Below, piece by piece: positions 22,711 through 35,430 of a stretch of 64,000 bases of DNA. Origin of the DNA: Vicugna vicugna (lineage: Eukaryota); contig MU058213.1 of NCBI GenBank assembly GCA_013265495.1, positions 1,302,001 through 1,366,000 of the forward strand, given 5' to 3'. Numbering within the stretch: position 1 is the stretch's first letter; each line of letters opens with the position of its first letter. The translations under genes and the position numbers were made by a program. Under the pieces are notes generated by a model that did no database searches, was not told where the DNA came from, and worked only from the letters and a program-made list of their open reading frames with translations.

Positions 22711-23489
22711 ATGAGTATATGTTGTTTATTGAGTACCAATTATAGGCCAAACATCATGCCTGCTTCTTCAATGTATATTATTATATAACTTCTTTTGCAA
22801 ATGTTAGTCCATGTGTGATACCGAGTGAATAGATCTCATTTTAGTGCAAATAGATTACAAATGTCATTGGTGGATATAAAATCAATTAAAAGAAAAAGGA
22901 ACTTTTATTTGCCTTGTGAGTCTCTATGCAGCTGTGGTTTGGACTTTGTTTTATCTTGGGTTACATCCAGCTTTTCTCAGTATTCCAGGGCTGATGAGTT
23001 TCTTTCTCTCTTCCCTGAGGGTAATAAGAAAATGTATGAGTTCTCTCTTTGTTTTCTGTATTCCATTTGCAGACTTCCTTTTTCAGTTCTCTCAGTAGAA
23101 TTGGGATTCCTTTAATACATTTTTCAGGGACTTTTGCATTGTTTTGGATGCCCAGAACAGGGCAGTTACACAGTGACCAAGCCCAAAGCCCTAGTATGAC
23201 CCCCTCCTTTGACCCTTTGGGTTGTTAACCTCTGTTTCTTAAGCCAATGTTTTCCTGAATGCTTGCTACCCCTTTTTGTTTTAAGTGAGTGTGACCTGAA
23301 TCCATTGACTTACTTTACTTCTAAATTTCTTTTGGTGTCTCAGATCAGTGTACTGATCTGGAGCACCTGGTCAAAAGCTGGGACCTTAAGCTACGAATTA
23401 TGACAATCACAGAACTCAAAACTGGCAGATAATTTCTTCTCTATCCTGAAGAATTACTGGCCAGCAGCCGAGTCCCTTCACAGAGAAGA

Positions 23490-24200
23490 TAGCACATGGT
23501 ACAGTGACCTCTTCATTTGATACTCTCTTTTTTCTGCCCCTGTGCTCGCTTCATTCTTCATCCAACTCATCCCACTGGCAGCTCTTCCCGTCTCACCACT
23601 GACCTTTGCCTTCTTCACATGTCCAGTTTGAATGATCATATGGCTCCTCCATTGTCTTCTTGTTTTCATGCATTGTTTTCTCACTTTTAGGCTCATTCAG
23701 GTATTTCATGTTGATGCTTCTATCTTCCAAATGATGCCCCATGCTCTCCATGTAAGTCAGCATTAATCTTGATGATGATTCCCAAGTCCGTGAAGGATTT
23801 CCTTCACCCAGTGGGCCAAGCCCCATTCGAACTCTGGACTCCTTTTTCATATCTCTTTGAAAGCTTGCTTTCTGAGAGCATATCATTTTGAACTCATTCA
23901 TTCCTCCTCTAGTGTGAGCTTCTGTTATTTGGAATCTCCAGTCCATTTCTTTCTGGGTACTCTCAGGAATTATCCTGCAGATGAGGTTACTTGCTTTTTG
24001 CACACGGATGACACTTCTTTCTTGATTTAGCTCCTAGAAAATGTGTTTCCAGGAGGAAGCAAAACCTGCCATGCCATCATGCTTGTCTCTGGCTCTTGCT
24101 CAGATTTTCCAAAGGAATATTGTGCCTCTATATCCTCATCAAGATAAGGCGACTTTGGGCATAAACAAAGGAGATACAGTTCCTTGGACTTTATTGCTGA
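23490..24200 (-). mobile_element. Ancient RTE-clade LINE fragment (MamRTE-like), RT and post-RT region
   Basis: Ordered motifs across frameshifts: VQGTVSPLF (cf. QGCILSPxLF), aacctcatctgcaggat (cf. NLRYADD), FTDLGIII (cf. FIYLGS), YDHSNWT/VKKAK (cf. YGCESWTVKKA), KRVSNEEV. Confidence 0.7.
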
Positions 24201-25659
24201 CTTGGTCATTGCCATACTCTGCAGTTTTTGAGAGGTGATGCTTTTAGGGCTGAATTCTCTTCTCAGTAAATGTGCCATTAGAGAGGATAAATTTGGTAAG
24301 TGAAGATTATTTCCTCATAATTTGAGGAAATTCCTTAGAGTTTGTTTTAGAAACTATGAATGCTAAAGCAATGCTTTTCTTTAGATTTATTATGAAATGG
24401 TAAATACTTCTTGCAAACATTTTTGGGACATGCAGAAATGTATAAAGAAGCAGCACTAAAACTAAAACAACAAAAGCAATTCAACCATAATTTCACCATC
24501 AAGAGGCACATTTTTTTGCTTTTGTCATTCTAATCTGATGACATGGTTTAATGCAACTGTTTCTACCAAAAATTAGCAACCCATAAAGTGATATGAGACT
24601 AAGCAAAATCCTTGAAAGATTTGCCATTGCCTATCACTTTAAATACACATTTTAATTCAAATCACTTTCCTTGTAGAAGGAGTAGATATCAGTACTGGAA
24701 GGGATCTTATTCACTTACCAGTCTGACTGTTCCTAATTGATGCATGAATCTCCCACATCTCTCCTAGCAGGTGCCAGAAAGTTTCAGTTTGCTGGGCTCT
24801 AACCTATGCCCTGTGGTTTCTTTCTCCTGGAATGAGTTTCCCTATTTTCTGTAGGTTTAAATGATTCCATTTCTCAAGTCCCTTTCCTAAAGCCTTATTT
24901 AACTCCTTCGTGTGGATATTTTTGGTTTATACTTTCACCCATTTATTTATTTACTTATTCATTTTAGTAGGGCAATACTCTGAATAGCCTAGAATACAAT
25001 GTTTGTGAAAGCCTGATGGTTATTAAAAATTTTTATTTCAAAGATAATAACAGTTTTCAGTTTTTCAGAGGTAGGGATTTTATATTGTAGAAGACAGGAA
25101 AACTGTACTCTTTCTTTTTATTTTGGTCTGGAGACTCTCACATTTCACTATGCCTTTGGTAAAGCAAAGGTAGGATGTGAGTCCTGCTTGCAAAGGACAG
25201 TTTGCGACTTCTTGGACTTTGGGAGCAGTGATGGCTCACACCAAGTTTTATAGGTCTTCCTTCTTGTTATAACTTCCCTCTGGTACTCTCAAGCCTTGGT
25301 AAAAGTCTGCTGAACAAGACAGCCTGTCTAAGACTATGTCCTGGGAAATTAAAGGAGAGTCAGTGTCCTCATTTAGGAAGAATTAGTACTCAGAGTTCTT
25401 AGGCTGTCTGGAGAAGCTGGTGATGCCAAGCAATGACCCACAGAGAAGCCTAGAGTAGTATTCCAGATCTATACATGACAAGTGACAGCCAAGTGACCCT
25501 TGAGATACACATATATCCTTCAGACCCCGAGAAATACCTGGGGAGGGAAATCAGGGTAAAGACTCGGCTTTGTTGGAAGCAGGAGATGGAAGAACTAGGA
25601 GCCCACACGATTGTTTTGGAAACAACAGAAACAAAAGGAAAAGGCTTTTCTAGGGCTAG

Positions 25660-26230
25660 AGAATGAAGACTGCTTGTATTCAACAAATGTTGAATGTGCT
25701 AGGCACTGGGGATACAAATGTGTCCAAGACACAGTCCTTTTCCTGTAACTCACAGTAGCATGCACTGAATTATCTTGATGGTAACATGCAAATACAACAC
25801 AACAGGGCAAATGTAATAGGGGTGTGTAAATGACACCACTGGACTATGAAGGATGGTGTATTTGGCTCTGCCTAAGAGGGTGGGAAGGCTCAGGAAAAGT
25901 TCAAGGAGGTGATGTTTAAGCTGAGTCTTAAGGGATGAAGAGGAGCTTAGACAAGATGGTAAAATTAATTTCAGGCAAAGGGAAGAACAGGAACTTATAT
26001 TGTGGTGGGAAAGAGCATGGTTTTTGGGGGAAGTAGAGTAGTTTAGTACAGAGGAGGGGTAGAAGACCTGGTTGGAGTCGGGAACTTAGGGTAGCATATA
26101 GGTGGGGGAAGTGTCTAGAGCAGTAGGCAAGAGCTTATACAATATACTAAAGTCTTTGAATCATATGTACAGAATGAAGTAGAAATTTAAAAAGTATGCC
26201 GGGGAGTTACATGAGCTACTGGGCCTTCCA
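25660..26230 (-). mobile_element. L2 3' region
   Basis: attcaacaaatgttgaatgtgctaggcactggggatacaaatg...gtttaagctgagtcttaagggatgaagagg. Confidence 0.75.
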
Positions 26231-26261
26231 AAATAAGTTATTCTGTGCCATCATGAAGGAG

Positions 26262-26600
26262 GTCTTAGGTCAGATTCCCTAGAAACAGAGCCTGAGATGA
26301 GAATTCTTGTATGTGTGATTTTTTGAAGGAGTGCTCTCAGGGGAAGAGTAAGGAAGTGAGGGAAGTAAGATGGGGCAGGGGAAGAAGCTGGTCAAAGATG
26401 TGGTTTCAGGAAGAATGTGGGCTTAGCTTGATCGCTTAGGGAGCTCTGGAGCATGAACTATTTACCTCCGAGGTTGTCCTTCTACTTCCAAGGGAAGAAT
26501 GGCATCCCAGGCATGTCCAGGTAAGAAGGCTCCATCAGCTTTTGATAATCTTCTAGAAAAGGGTGTGGGTAGCAGCCCAAACCTGCAGCATCTGGGTAAT
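26262..26600 (-). mobile_element. ERVL-type LTR (LTR16/LTR33-like)
   Basis: tcttaggtcagattccctagaaacagagcctgagatgag...gaaggagtgctctcagg. Confidence 0.6.
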
Positions 26601-26929
26601 GACTCAAAACCCTTGCCTTTTCTTCCTAGTGTACCAGAGAGCCCTACTGATTGCCCACGTGAGAAATGCTATTGCCTTTGACTTCTAATGGGTTACCTAA
26701 TACTCCTAGAGGATGTGATGGAGAAACGTACACTCTGGGCATGTTCAGTGTTACATGGCTTCACCTCAGGCAGCTGACAAATGCTGATTTATACCACAAA
26801 ATATTGGCATATTCTGATGAAGTACCCTGTTATTGAGACATTTTGGCAGGCCTAATATTTCCATCTCCGTGTAACAGAAACATTTTCACTGACATTCTTA
26901 AGTTATGCTGCTCTATTGTGGAAAATAGC

Positions 26930-27150
26930 ATTTTCCAGCTCTACCGAGGTATAACTTACATATAATAAAATTTATTAATTCTGTGTGTACAGTTTGGTGA
27001 ATCTCCCCCACATCAAGACACAGAACAGCTCTGTCATCCTCAAAAGTTTTCTCCTGCCTCTTTGCAGTTAATCCCCATCCCTGAGCCCCAATTCCAGGCA
27101 ACCACTGATCTGCTTCTGTCACTATATCTTCACACTTTCTAGAATTTAAA
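26930..27150 (-). mobile_element. Old L1M 3' end
   Basis: gaggtataacttacatataataaaattt...ccaggcaaccactgatctgcttctgtcactata. Confidence 0.8.
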
Positions 27151-29384
27151 ATGGCAAATATAAAAGGAAAAGTAATCTCCTGTTAACTTAGGTGAAATAT
27201 CAGCATGCCTAATCTTAAGAAAGTCTGCAGATGTACAGGATTTTATATTCTTTTTAGATTATGTCTTTTAGAAAGTAAGCAAAGAGAGAATGGTCTTTTC
27301 AATAGTTGTGGCCTTTGGTCAGCAGTGGAGCTGGTTCTTCCTATAGTCCTGAAGTCAAGTAGACAATTTCAGTTATTATCAGGATAATTCAGGTAAAAAG
27401 CATCTAAATTTTATGTGAATTGCAGTGAATTTTCTTTTTCTTTTTCTTTTGGAATCTGGAGAGTCTGGCTGACTAGTCTTTTTCACTAAATGACGGTTGG
27501 TGTAATAACTTGTCTTATGGGGTCCTGGGGCCTAGGGAGGGTGATTGTTAACCAAACACATACACTGGGGATGGAAATCCAGTCGGTTCCTAACTTCTAT
27601 CCCTCAAGTTGGAATGGCTCTTAGAAACAGCTGCCTGGGTTGCATGGCATGGTGGCCACAAGATTCCTCTTCCTTCTTCGTTCACCTGCCCTCTCAGCAC
27701 ACAGCCTCTCCTCTCATTCCCACCATTTGTGCATCTCCCATCCTCAAGCATGTGAATGACAGGATGGGTGGGAGGAAGGAAAGGGTCATAAGAAGGTGGC
27801 CTTCCTGCCACTCCTCCACCACTCAGGCTTGTTTCCCAATTCTCAGTTTCATCCTTTTTCCTTGAAGGCTCCTTTACCACTAGGTCCCACTTGGGTTTCA
27901 CTCCGGGGCCTCCACCTGTGTCCCGGACTGAGTGTCTTGAGCTTCTATGATGATGAAGTACTCAGGAAGATTTAAGTCTTGGCAGTCCCCCAGCCCTTTG
28001 ATTGTACCTCTGTCTGGACCAGATAGTTTGTGTTGACTTGGCTGGGGAGGATAGGGAGGAGCAAAAGGAGTGGATTTACTTCACATGTGTTTTGAGCTAG
28101 TCTCAGCTCTATACTTTAATCTGATGTCTCTAATTAGGTAACTAATGTTTATTGGGCAGCAAGCATTGTACTGGACTTCACTGCCCTTTTATGGATGAAG
28201 AAGCTGAGGCTCAGAAAAATTAACTCAAGGTCTCACAGCTGGTACATGATGTCTATTTTCTATCTCTCCTAGGGGAGAGTCTCTGTTTGGAAGTTGGAGG
28301 TGGTGACAATGGAAAGGGCCCCTCTTTGGAGTCCAAAAAATTATAGAAAGAGGGTGAACATGTTGTTTGGGAGTTCATGTGAGCACTTGGAGCTGCAGCA
28401 CAATGAGGCAGCCATATGTCCTCCATCCTCTGCCCTCTTTGTGTGAGACCCCACGAAATTCTCTCAGTTTCCTCTCAGTCCCTATCCCAGGAACATTGTT
28501 TATGAGCTGGGGAAAGTGGGTTTTTAGTCTCACTCCCTGGCAGATGGAGGAGGGACCCCTTTCTCACTGTGTCTGAGGTCACCATGTTCCTGGGGACACA
28601 GAGGAACCCTGATTCCATTCCCCCACAGCATCATGGATAGTCATGGGCATTACTAGGCTCCATGGAATGAAGTGTCTCACTCATGATCATATGAGTTTCT
28701 CACCATTTGAAGTGTCCAGGTCCCACCTGGATGTTTGTTCCTCAATGATTCTATTTGCTAGAATGCAACTTGGATCATCTGAACATGAAAACATTTCTTA
28801 CTTTTGTTACCTTCAGTGGCAGAGCTAGGGTAATCTGATCTACCTGGGGTGGTGTAGACAGCATTACTATCTAACTGGACCCATGTATGATCACTTCCTG
28901 AGTTCATGAAGCACTTTTGATTGTATAGCAAGTTCTCACCTGTGAGTTGGTGTTACGTTAGGCCGAGGCTTCTAACAGGGTGTGATCTATGATGAAAGGT
29001 AGGCAGGCAGGAAAGCCCTTTGTTAGGCCCTCACTCCTTCCTCTGAAATATGTTGGAGCTTACAGGTTGGAAGGTGGGAAGGCAGTCTGCAGAAATACAG
29101 TAGTTAGCCCTGCTCTCTCTTTTTTCCCATGGTTCAGAATTTGAAATAATGGAAGGCTGGGAACCTGAGCAGTAGGCTGTATATCATGATTTCTAAATGC
29201 TGGGGCAATAGCATTGTCTGCCTGTGTACATTTTCATATGTTGGTTTCTCTTGCCTTGTAGTTGAGAAAAATATATCACCACACTCATGGAGGCTTCAGT
29301 GGCATTCTCTGAGGCCAGCCACTGTCTTCCAAGGAACTTCCATTCTCTTTCACGGTATAATGCCTGCACTGGTGCTAGGAAATT

Positions 29385-29490
29385 TGGGACCTGAATTAGG
29401 GTCAGTAAGCAAGGTGCCTGGGGTGCAAGCTTTAAAGCAGTGCTTACTCTCAGGGATGTACAAGTATAGGGTTGGCACTTGCATAACCCA
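29385..29490. mobile_element. MER91-like hAT-Tip100 fragment
   Basis: tagggtcagtaagcaaggtgcctggggtgcaagc...actctcagggatgtacaagtatagggttggcac. Confidence 0.4.
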
Positions 29491-30129
29491 GAGAACTTGT
29501 AAGTCACAGAAATGACCTTCATAAAAGACACACATTTCATTAGGACAGGTAGGGAGCCACTTTGAGGAAGTGGGCCTGTTTCTGTTGTCACTGGCATGGA
29601 AAATAAACTGTAATCAGCTGTCTTGGGTCCGATTTGAACATACTAGTTTTCCTGCGGGACATGTCAGCGGGTACAACCCCCATGCCAGAGACTAGGAAGA
29701 TAGCAGCAACGATGCTAATTTGAAAATACTTCTGTGGCACTTAGCAGGGTGTGATTTTAATTCATTTTTTGTCCCTTGATAATCATAAAGTGCTTTCAGC
29801 CTGTGACTATCCATTTTTGACCAGCATGCTCACACTTCATCTGGGGACCACATTTAATGGCTGTGGTGATGATGGGGTTCACAGGGGAATTGTGTAAGGT
29901 ACAGATATTTGCTTTGTGAAGAGAAACATGCCACTGATACTAATTCACATGGCTATTCTGTACAAGGAACTGAAGACCTGAATACTTGCCTGCATGCAAG
30001 TATTGTTTGTACACACACACACAGCTAATATTTGCATAATGCTTGGGGCTTATCCAATGTTTTATTAACATCGTCTTATTTAATTCTTGAAATAATTCTA
30101 TGAAATTTACTGAAGTATTAGAATCTGTG

Positions 30130-30330
30130 TGGGATTCTTTGAATTCCACTTTTGCCACTTAACTGACTGTAACCTTAGACAAGTTACTTAATGTTGGAGC
30201 TTTGGTTTCCTCAACTGTAAGATGGGGATAATCATGCCTAATTTATAGGACAGTTGAGAAGATTAAATGAGCAATACATATACAGTGCCTGACATAGTAC
30301 CTGGCAGGTGGTGGGAACTCAACAGATGCT
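30130..30330 (+). mobile_element. MIR SINE
   Basis: ccttagacaagttacttaa...tttcctcaactgtaagatggggataat...gaagattaaatgag. Confidence 0.8.
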
Positions 30331-31089
30331 GGTTCTTTCTTCCTTGTGTCCCATATTGGGGCCATGCTCTCTTCACCATAGCCCAGCAGTCTCGGTCTTG
30401 ATAATCACTCTTAGTTTTGAAGGGCTGATTATATAAATTTTTCTTGCATAAGTCCAAGTGTGGAAATCTCTTCCTCTCAGGTGGAAATCTGTTTGGTTTG
30501 CAAGTAACCTAGGGTAAACCAGTATTATCTGAGATTTTTAGATTGAGGTCCAGAGAACTTGGTAGGGGATGTGGGCCAGGCCAGGGCCCTCCCCCAAATT
30601 GTATCCATGGCCAGTTTTCCTTTCTTTCTCTAGCTGGTGCCTGCTTCAGGCTTATTCCAGGAGAGGCAAATTGGTTGCCTCCTGCAGCTGCCTTATGATT
30701 CCTGGTGGCTTCTCTCTCTGAGTGGACAGTCTTTATTTTTCTTTCCTTTTTTCCCACCTCTTCATCTCCATCATCTCTGCACTTTATCTGGTACCAGGGA
30801 CCTTCCAGCTGCTCCCTGAGAGTCCTGATATTCCCCTGGCGGCCCTCCACCTACCAGGACTTTCAGGCATGAGGAGCTGGTTCTGTGTTCCTCTTGTCTT
30901 GTCATTACCTCACTCAGGGCTGGGAGAAGGTGTCTGATTTGCTGAATCCAGAGGAGACACTAAAATTTTCTATTCTTTAATCCAAAAGGATGTCAAACAG
31001 TGGGAGTCCTCAGCACCATCCCAGGTCAATTAGGGATTTATTGTTTAGATGGAAAGAAATTTCCACACCCCTCAAACAGACCTAGTCTT

Positions 31090-31290
31090 GGCTTTGGGAC
31101 GAGTGGACTTGGAGGCAGGGAGGGGATCAGAGTGTCTTTCCTAGCTCTGTCATTCACTAGCATGGAGTAGCCATTTAACCTGAATCTCAGTTTTTCTCAT
31201 ATGTTAAATGGGAAGGAAACTAACAGCCCGACAGGATTTTTATTTTCTATGAATAAAGAAAGCAGATAGATGAAAAGGCTTTCACACTGA
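31090..31290 (+). mobile_element. MIR SINE
   Basis: cctagctctgtcattcactagc...tctcagtttttctcatatgttaaatggg. Confidence 0.65.
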
Positions 31291-32281
31291 AGAAAAAGGC
31301 ATTAATGTTATGGGCCATTGCAAGCTCCCTCAGTTGTCCTCGTGCCTAGAAAGTGAATTTTGGTCTGACTACTCTGGCCCACATATCTTGGATGCCGACA
31401 TTCTTTCCTCCCTGCAGGAGTTCTGAGGGGGAATCATAGGATTGCCTACTGTATTCGGAAGGAAAGCGAAAATCTGACTGCGAATGTGTGTGTGCTTCTA
31501 ACCTCTACTGGTTGCTCTCTGAGCTAAGGCTCATTCAGGGAATGGCCGGCCGCAGGAGCCTGCCCTGGGGATTTGAATATGGCTTTGTCTTGGGCTTGCA
31601 GGGACTCTGCATGGGGGCCTCAGGATATGGCGCTGGAAGTGCAAGAAGAGCCCTTGTGCAGAACAAGTTTAGAGAGACATTAAGGGCAGTGATAACATCC
31701 CTAGGAGTCCAGATTCAGTGTCTCTCATTCTCGAAGCCCACCAGCCACCACTGAAGAACTAACCAGGCAGAGGATTTTAAAGGTTGTTATTAATGAATCT
31801 GCCCAGTGACTAAAAAGCTGTGGGTCATGCTACTCAAAGTATATTGTTTCAAACAGGTAAAAGCCTAGCTGTTACAGGCAGAGAATCCAGCAAGATCTCG
31901 TCTCTCTTTCATGACATCATCTCACATTTTCCTTCCCATCCTCTCCACTCATGCCATCTTCCTCCCAAACTCCCTTTTCTCTCTAATGATCTCAGCTGCT
32001 CGTGACACCTCTGGGGAGAATGGAGGAAGTTAAGTCCCCTGCTGCCAAATCCAAACTCTGGGTCATTTATTACTTCAGAAGATACCTTGCTATTAAAGCA
32101 CCAAGGCTCATGTTTCCCCCTCTCCTTAAGGAACAAATTCCATCATAGTTGAGGCCACACAATTAGGTGTATGGGAGCAGAGCAAATACCTGATAAAACC
32201 AACACTCATTTAATGGGAGTTCTGACAGATGCCAGTGATTGCTCATTGTACCAGCAGCCAAGCAGTGTTGGATTTCTCTCA

Positions 32282-32373
32282 CCCTTTTCCTTCCTCCTTT
32301 CCTCCCTTCTTTCCTCTTCCCCTCCCTTCTTTCCTCTTCCCCTCCCTTCCTTCTTTTCTCTCTCTCTTTCTCC
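32282..32373. repeat. 92-nt pure pyrimidine tract with exact 20-bp tandem duplication
   Basis: Only C/T; cctcccttctttcctcttcc at 32301-32320 and 32321-32340. Confidence 0.9.
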
Positions 32374-35029
32374 ACCTACCCCTTCCAGCAGCAGATGTTT
32401 CTCCCAAGCATTGGAGACAGAAGATTTCTGGAAAAGAGGGAGTATCTTTTTTACTCCTGTAAGCACAGAATAACTTAAATAGGGTCTCTTTAAAAGAGAA
32501 AATAAGAAGAAAATGCAAGGTCATTTATTCTCTTAGACTTTAGATAGCACTCAATTAAAACTAATAGAATATCTTGGGGCAGTCACACTTTCCCTTCATA
32601 GTATTAAGTACATCTACAAAATAGAGCAGTTATTAAACTTTTCTTTTCATTTATTCTTCAAAAAGGTTAGAATTATTTTTTATCATTGCAGCAGAGCTCA
32701 CTAGCATGGCCAAAACTGCAAAGAAATCGCTGGCATACTCTCCCAGGGGGCAGTTTCCAGACCCCACCTTGACCTCTGTGAGATTTCCATGGATACTCTG
32801 TGCTCTTAATGACTGGTCATCCAGGGATAGGTCAATCAAGTCTTACGCTGCTGTGGAGGTTAAAGGACCAGCTGGGAAGCCATTTGTATCATTTTACAGA
32901 GAAAAGGGTTAAAGATGGCAAAGTATGAGGGCTTCTTAAAGACAGCTCCAGGGAATATGAGAGCCCAGACGTATCTGGCCTGGCTTGTGCTTTGAGATTT
33001 CACTAGATACCATCCCTCCTCTCGTGACAAAACCCTGTTCTGCTAAACACCCCATTTAAGGCAATTAACATGGGCCTTATATTTTTCATCCACCCTTGCT
33101 CTTTGTGTTGCTCTATTCCTGTATTTATGCAGCTCCTGACCTTTTCATAGCTTTTTTTCTGCATTTCTAGGACTAGCTGATGGGTGGGACTTACCTGGTT
33201 TTGACCTTTGGCTTATACTCTGTGTTGGTATCATTGGTGGTTCTGATCACAAGTGGCCCCAAGACTCTCCTAGTATTGGTCCAGCCTGCCCTGGTCTTCC
33301 TGATGGGCAGGCCAAAGAGTGGTGCTTTTATTGTTAACCATTGGGTTTTGTTTTCTGTAGTGATTAGAAACCTGCTCATAGTGACGTCCACAAGGGATGT
33401 CAATGGTGATCAGTATTGGGCCATGTGACTGCTCTTCCTTACTCCAGGCTATCTTCCACTGCTGTGCTGTTTAGGTTATATAGGCCCATGCAATTTAGGA
33501 TTTTGTAATTTTTAGCTCTCCCAGCATCGCTTTGCTTGGCAGTAGCTACTAGGTCAGCTCTAACTGTAAAGACCTCAAATTCAACCCAAATCATAATCTC
33601 CCTAAATTGTTGTGCTTTCCTCCTAAGTTTTTTTGCAAGGGCCTCTTAATAAGCAAGGTGTTTGGAAAGCCAAGTTCTCTCATTGCAGACATGACAAGCC
33701 ATAATTTGTAATAACAGAGCTACCTTTCCCCACTTGTCTCAGCCTGGAGTGAAGGGGCTCTGCTGTGATTTATTACCTCGCTGCAAAACCTTTGACAAGT
33801 GGCCACCAAATGGCTCCTTATTACTCAAAACTCTTCCAATTCCTTAAACTAAAGTCCTCCCCAAACCTCACACAAACTGCTTGTGTTCCGGGGGAAGTGA
33901 ATCAGGGACCTTCTCGCTAAACTATTTTGGCATAAAAAAATATCATAAATGAGAGAGGAGAAAATCTTGTTTGCTAAAGGGCTGCTGGGTGAACTGCCTC
34001 TTGGCCTTTTGATAGCATCTTTGAAATGGAAATGGCCAGCTGCCTGACCTTCTGTTCAGTGACCCTTTTTGTACAAAGTCAAATTGCAGCCGCCTCACAG
34101 CAGCAATTCACCTATGGACACAAACAGGATTTCCATTTTTTTTTTTTCCTGGTGCATTTGTTACCGTGAACATTTTTTTTTTTTTTTTACTATTCACATA
34201 AAGGACATCATGGTTTAAAAAAAGGAGCCCTTTGCATCAAAAGGATTTAACTCATAATGATTTCAAAATACTAGGGAAGTGTCTGTCTTTAATTCTGAGT
34301 CTTTAAGTGTATTGTAATGTGAAAAGTCCAGTGAAAAGACTATATTCTGAAATAGTTTGGTGTTGTTAATGTTCCTGCTCTTTTCTTGTATTTGAAAGAG
34401 AAAAATAGTCTTGATCATATTAAAAAGAGAAATTATCTCTACCTTACCGTGAACAAAAGGAGAAAAGGCAAGATGAGTTCTGTTTATGTGATTATGGTGA
34501 ATCTAAGAAAGTAAATTCCTCTGTGTGCTTTCTGTGGAGCAATGCTGAATTGGAATTAGGAGTCTGTCTTAAAGAGGAACCAGAATCAGGCTGCACTGTT
34601 CCTTCAGACTGTATTAAAGCCTGTGGCTGAAGGTGGAGAGAAAGAGGGAGCCCTTTGAACACCCCCACCCCCAGGGCTCCCTCTTCCTTCTCCTCCTTAG
34701 TCTTCTTCCTGCTCTAACTGGGCAGTGCAGAAGTTCTTACCTAAGGTTGCACATCAACACACTGTTGGGCTTGGAGAATGCTCAGGACTGCACCCTGGGG
34801 CTGGGTGTCTGGTGCTGCTGCTCTGCCTTAGACACCTCCACCAAAAGGACCCCTCCAGGATGCTGTTCTGCCTCCCACGTGCTGGAGGCCTGTGGGTGCC
34901 TGTTCTCCATGGGATGGGTGGGCAGAGCCTCATTCAGTGGCAAACAGGAAAACTCTCCTGGGCTGGTCAAGGGAGCTCCAGAAACTAGAGCGGGAACTCA
35001 GAAGGTTTTGATGACAATAGTGAGGTTCT

Positions 35030-35430
35030 GATTCAACAAATATTTATCAGACCGTCACTGTGGGCCTGACCCATTGGCTAATTCAATCCCAGAATAATCC
35101 TGTGAAGTTGCATCCTGAGAGTGACAGGAGCAGATTCTGGGGACAGGCATTCCTCGGTTTGGATTCTGTCTTGGACACTTGTTAGCTGTATGACTGTGAA
35201 CACATTATTTAAAGTCTCGAAGCCTCAGTGTATCACTGGTAAACTGAAGGCTAATACTTGTCTCATGGGGCTGCTGTGAAGATTAGATGAAATGATGTAT
35301 GAAAAATTGCCAAGCCCAGAGCTGGGTACATGGTAAACACTCAGCAAACATTCCTTTCTTCTCCTTCTTCCCACTTAACAGGTGAGGAAATGAAGGAAAT
35401 TGCCAGATTGGAAGATGAATCCAGGTATTT
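35030..35430. mobile_element. Nested MIRs: plus-strand MIR (~35115-35350) inside a minus-strand MIR
   Basis: aatcccagaataatcctgtgaag [gttagctgtatgactgtgaacacattattt...gtgaagattagatgaaatgatg] cccacttaacaggtgaggaaatgaagg. Confidence 0.65.

Noticed and set aside
31417..31490. Plus-strand exon after ttctttcctccctgcag
   Set aside because: Good acceptor but no strong donor and no recognisable peptide
32163..32524. Cluster of overlapping short ORFs
   Set aside because: Artefact of the stop-free polypyrimidine tract
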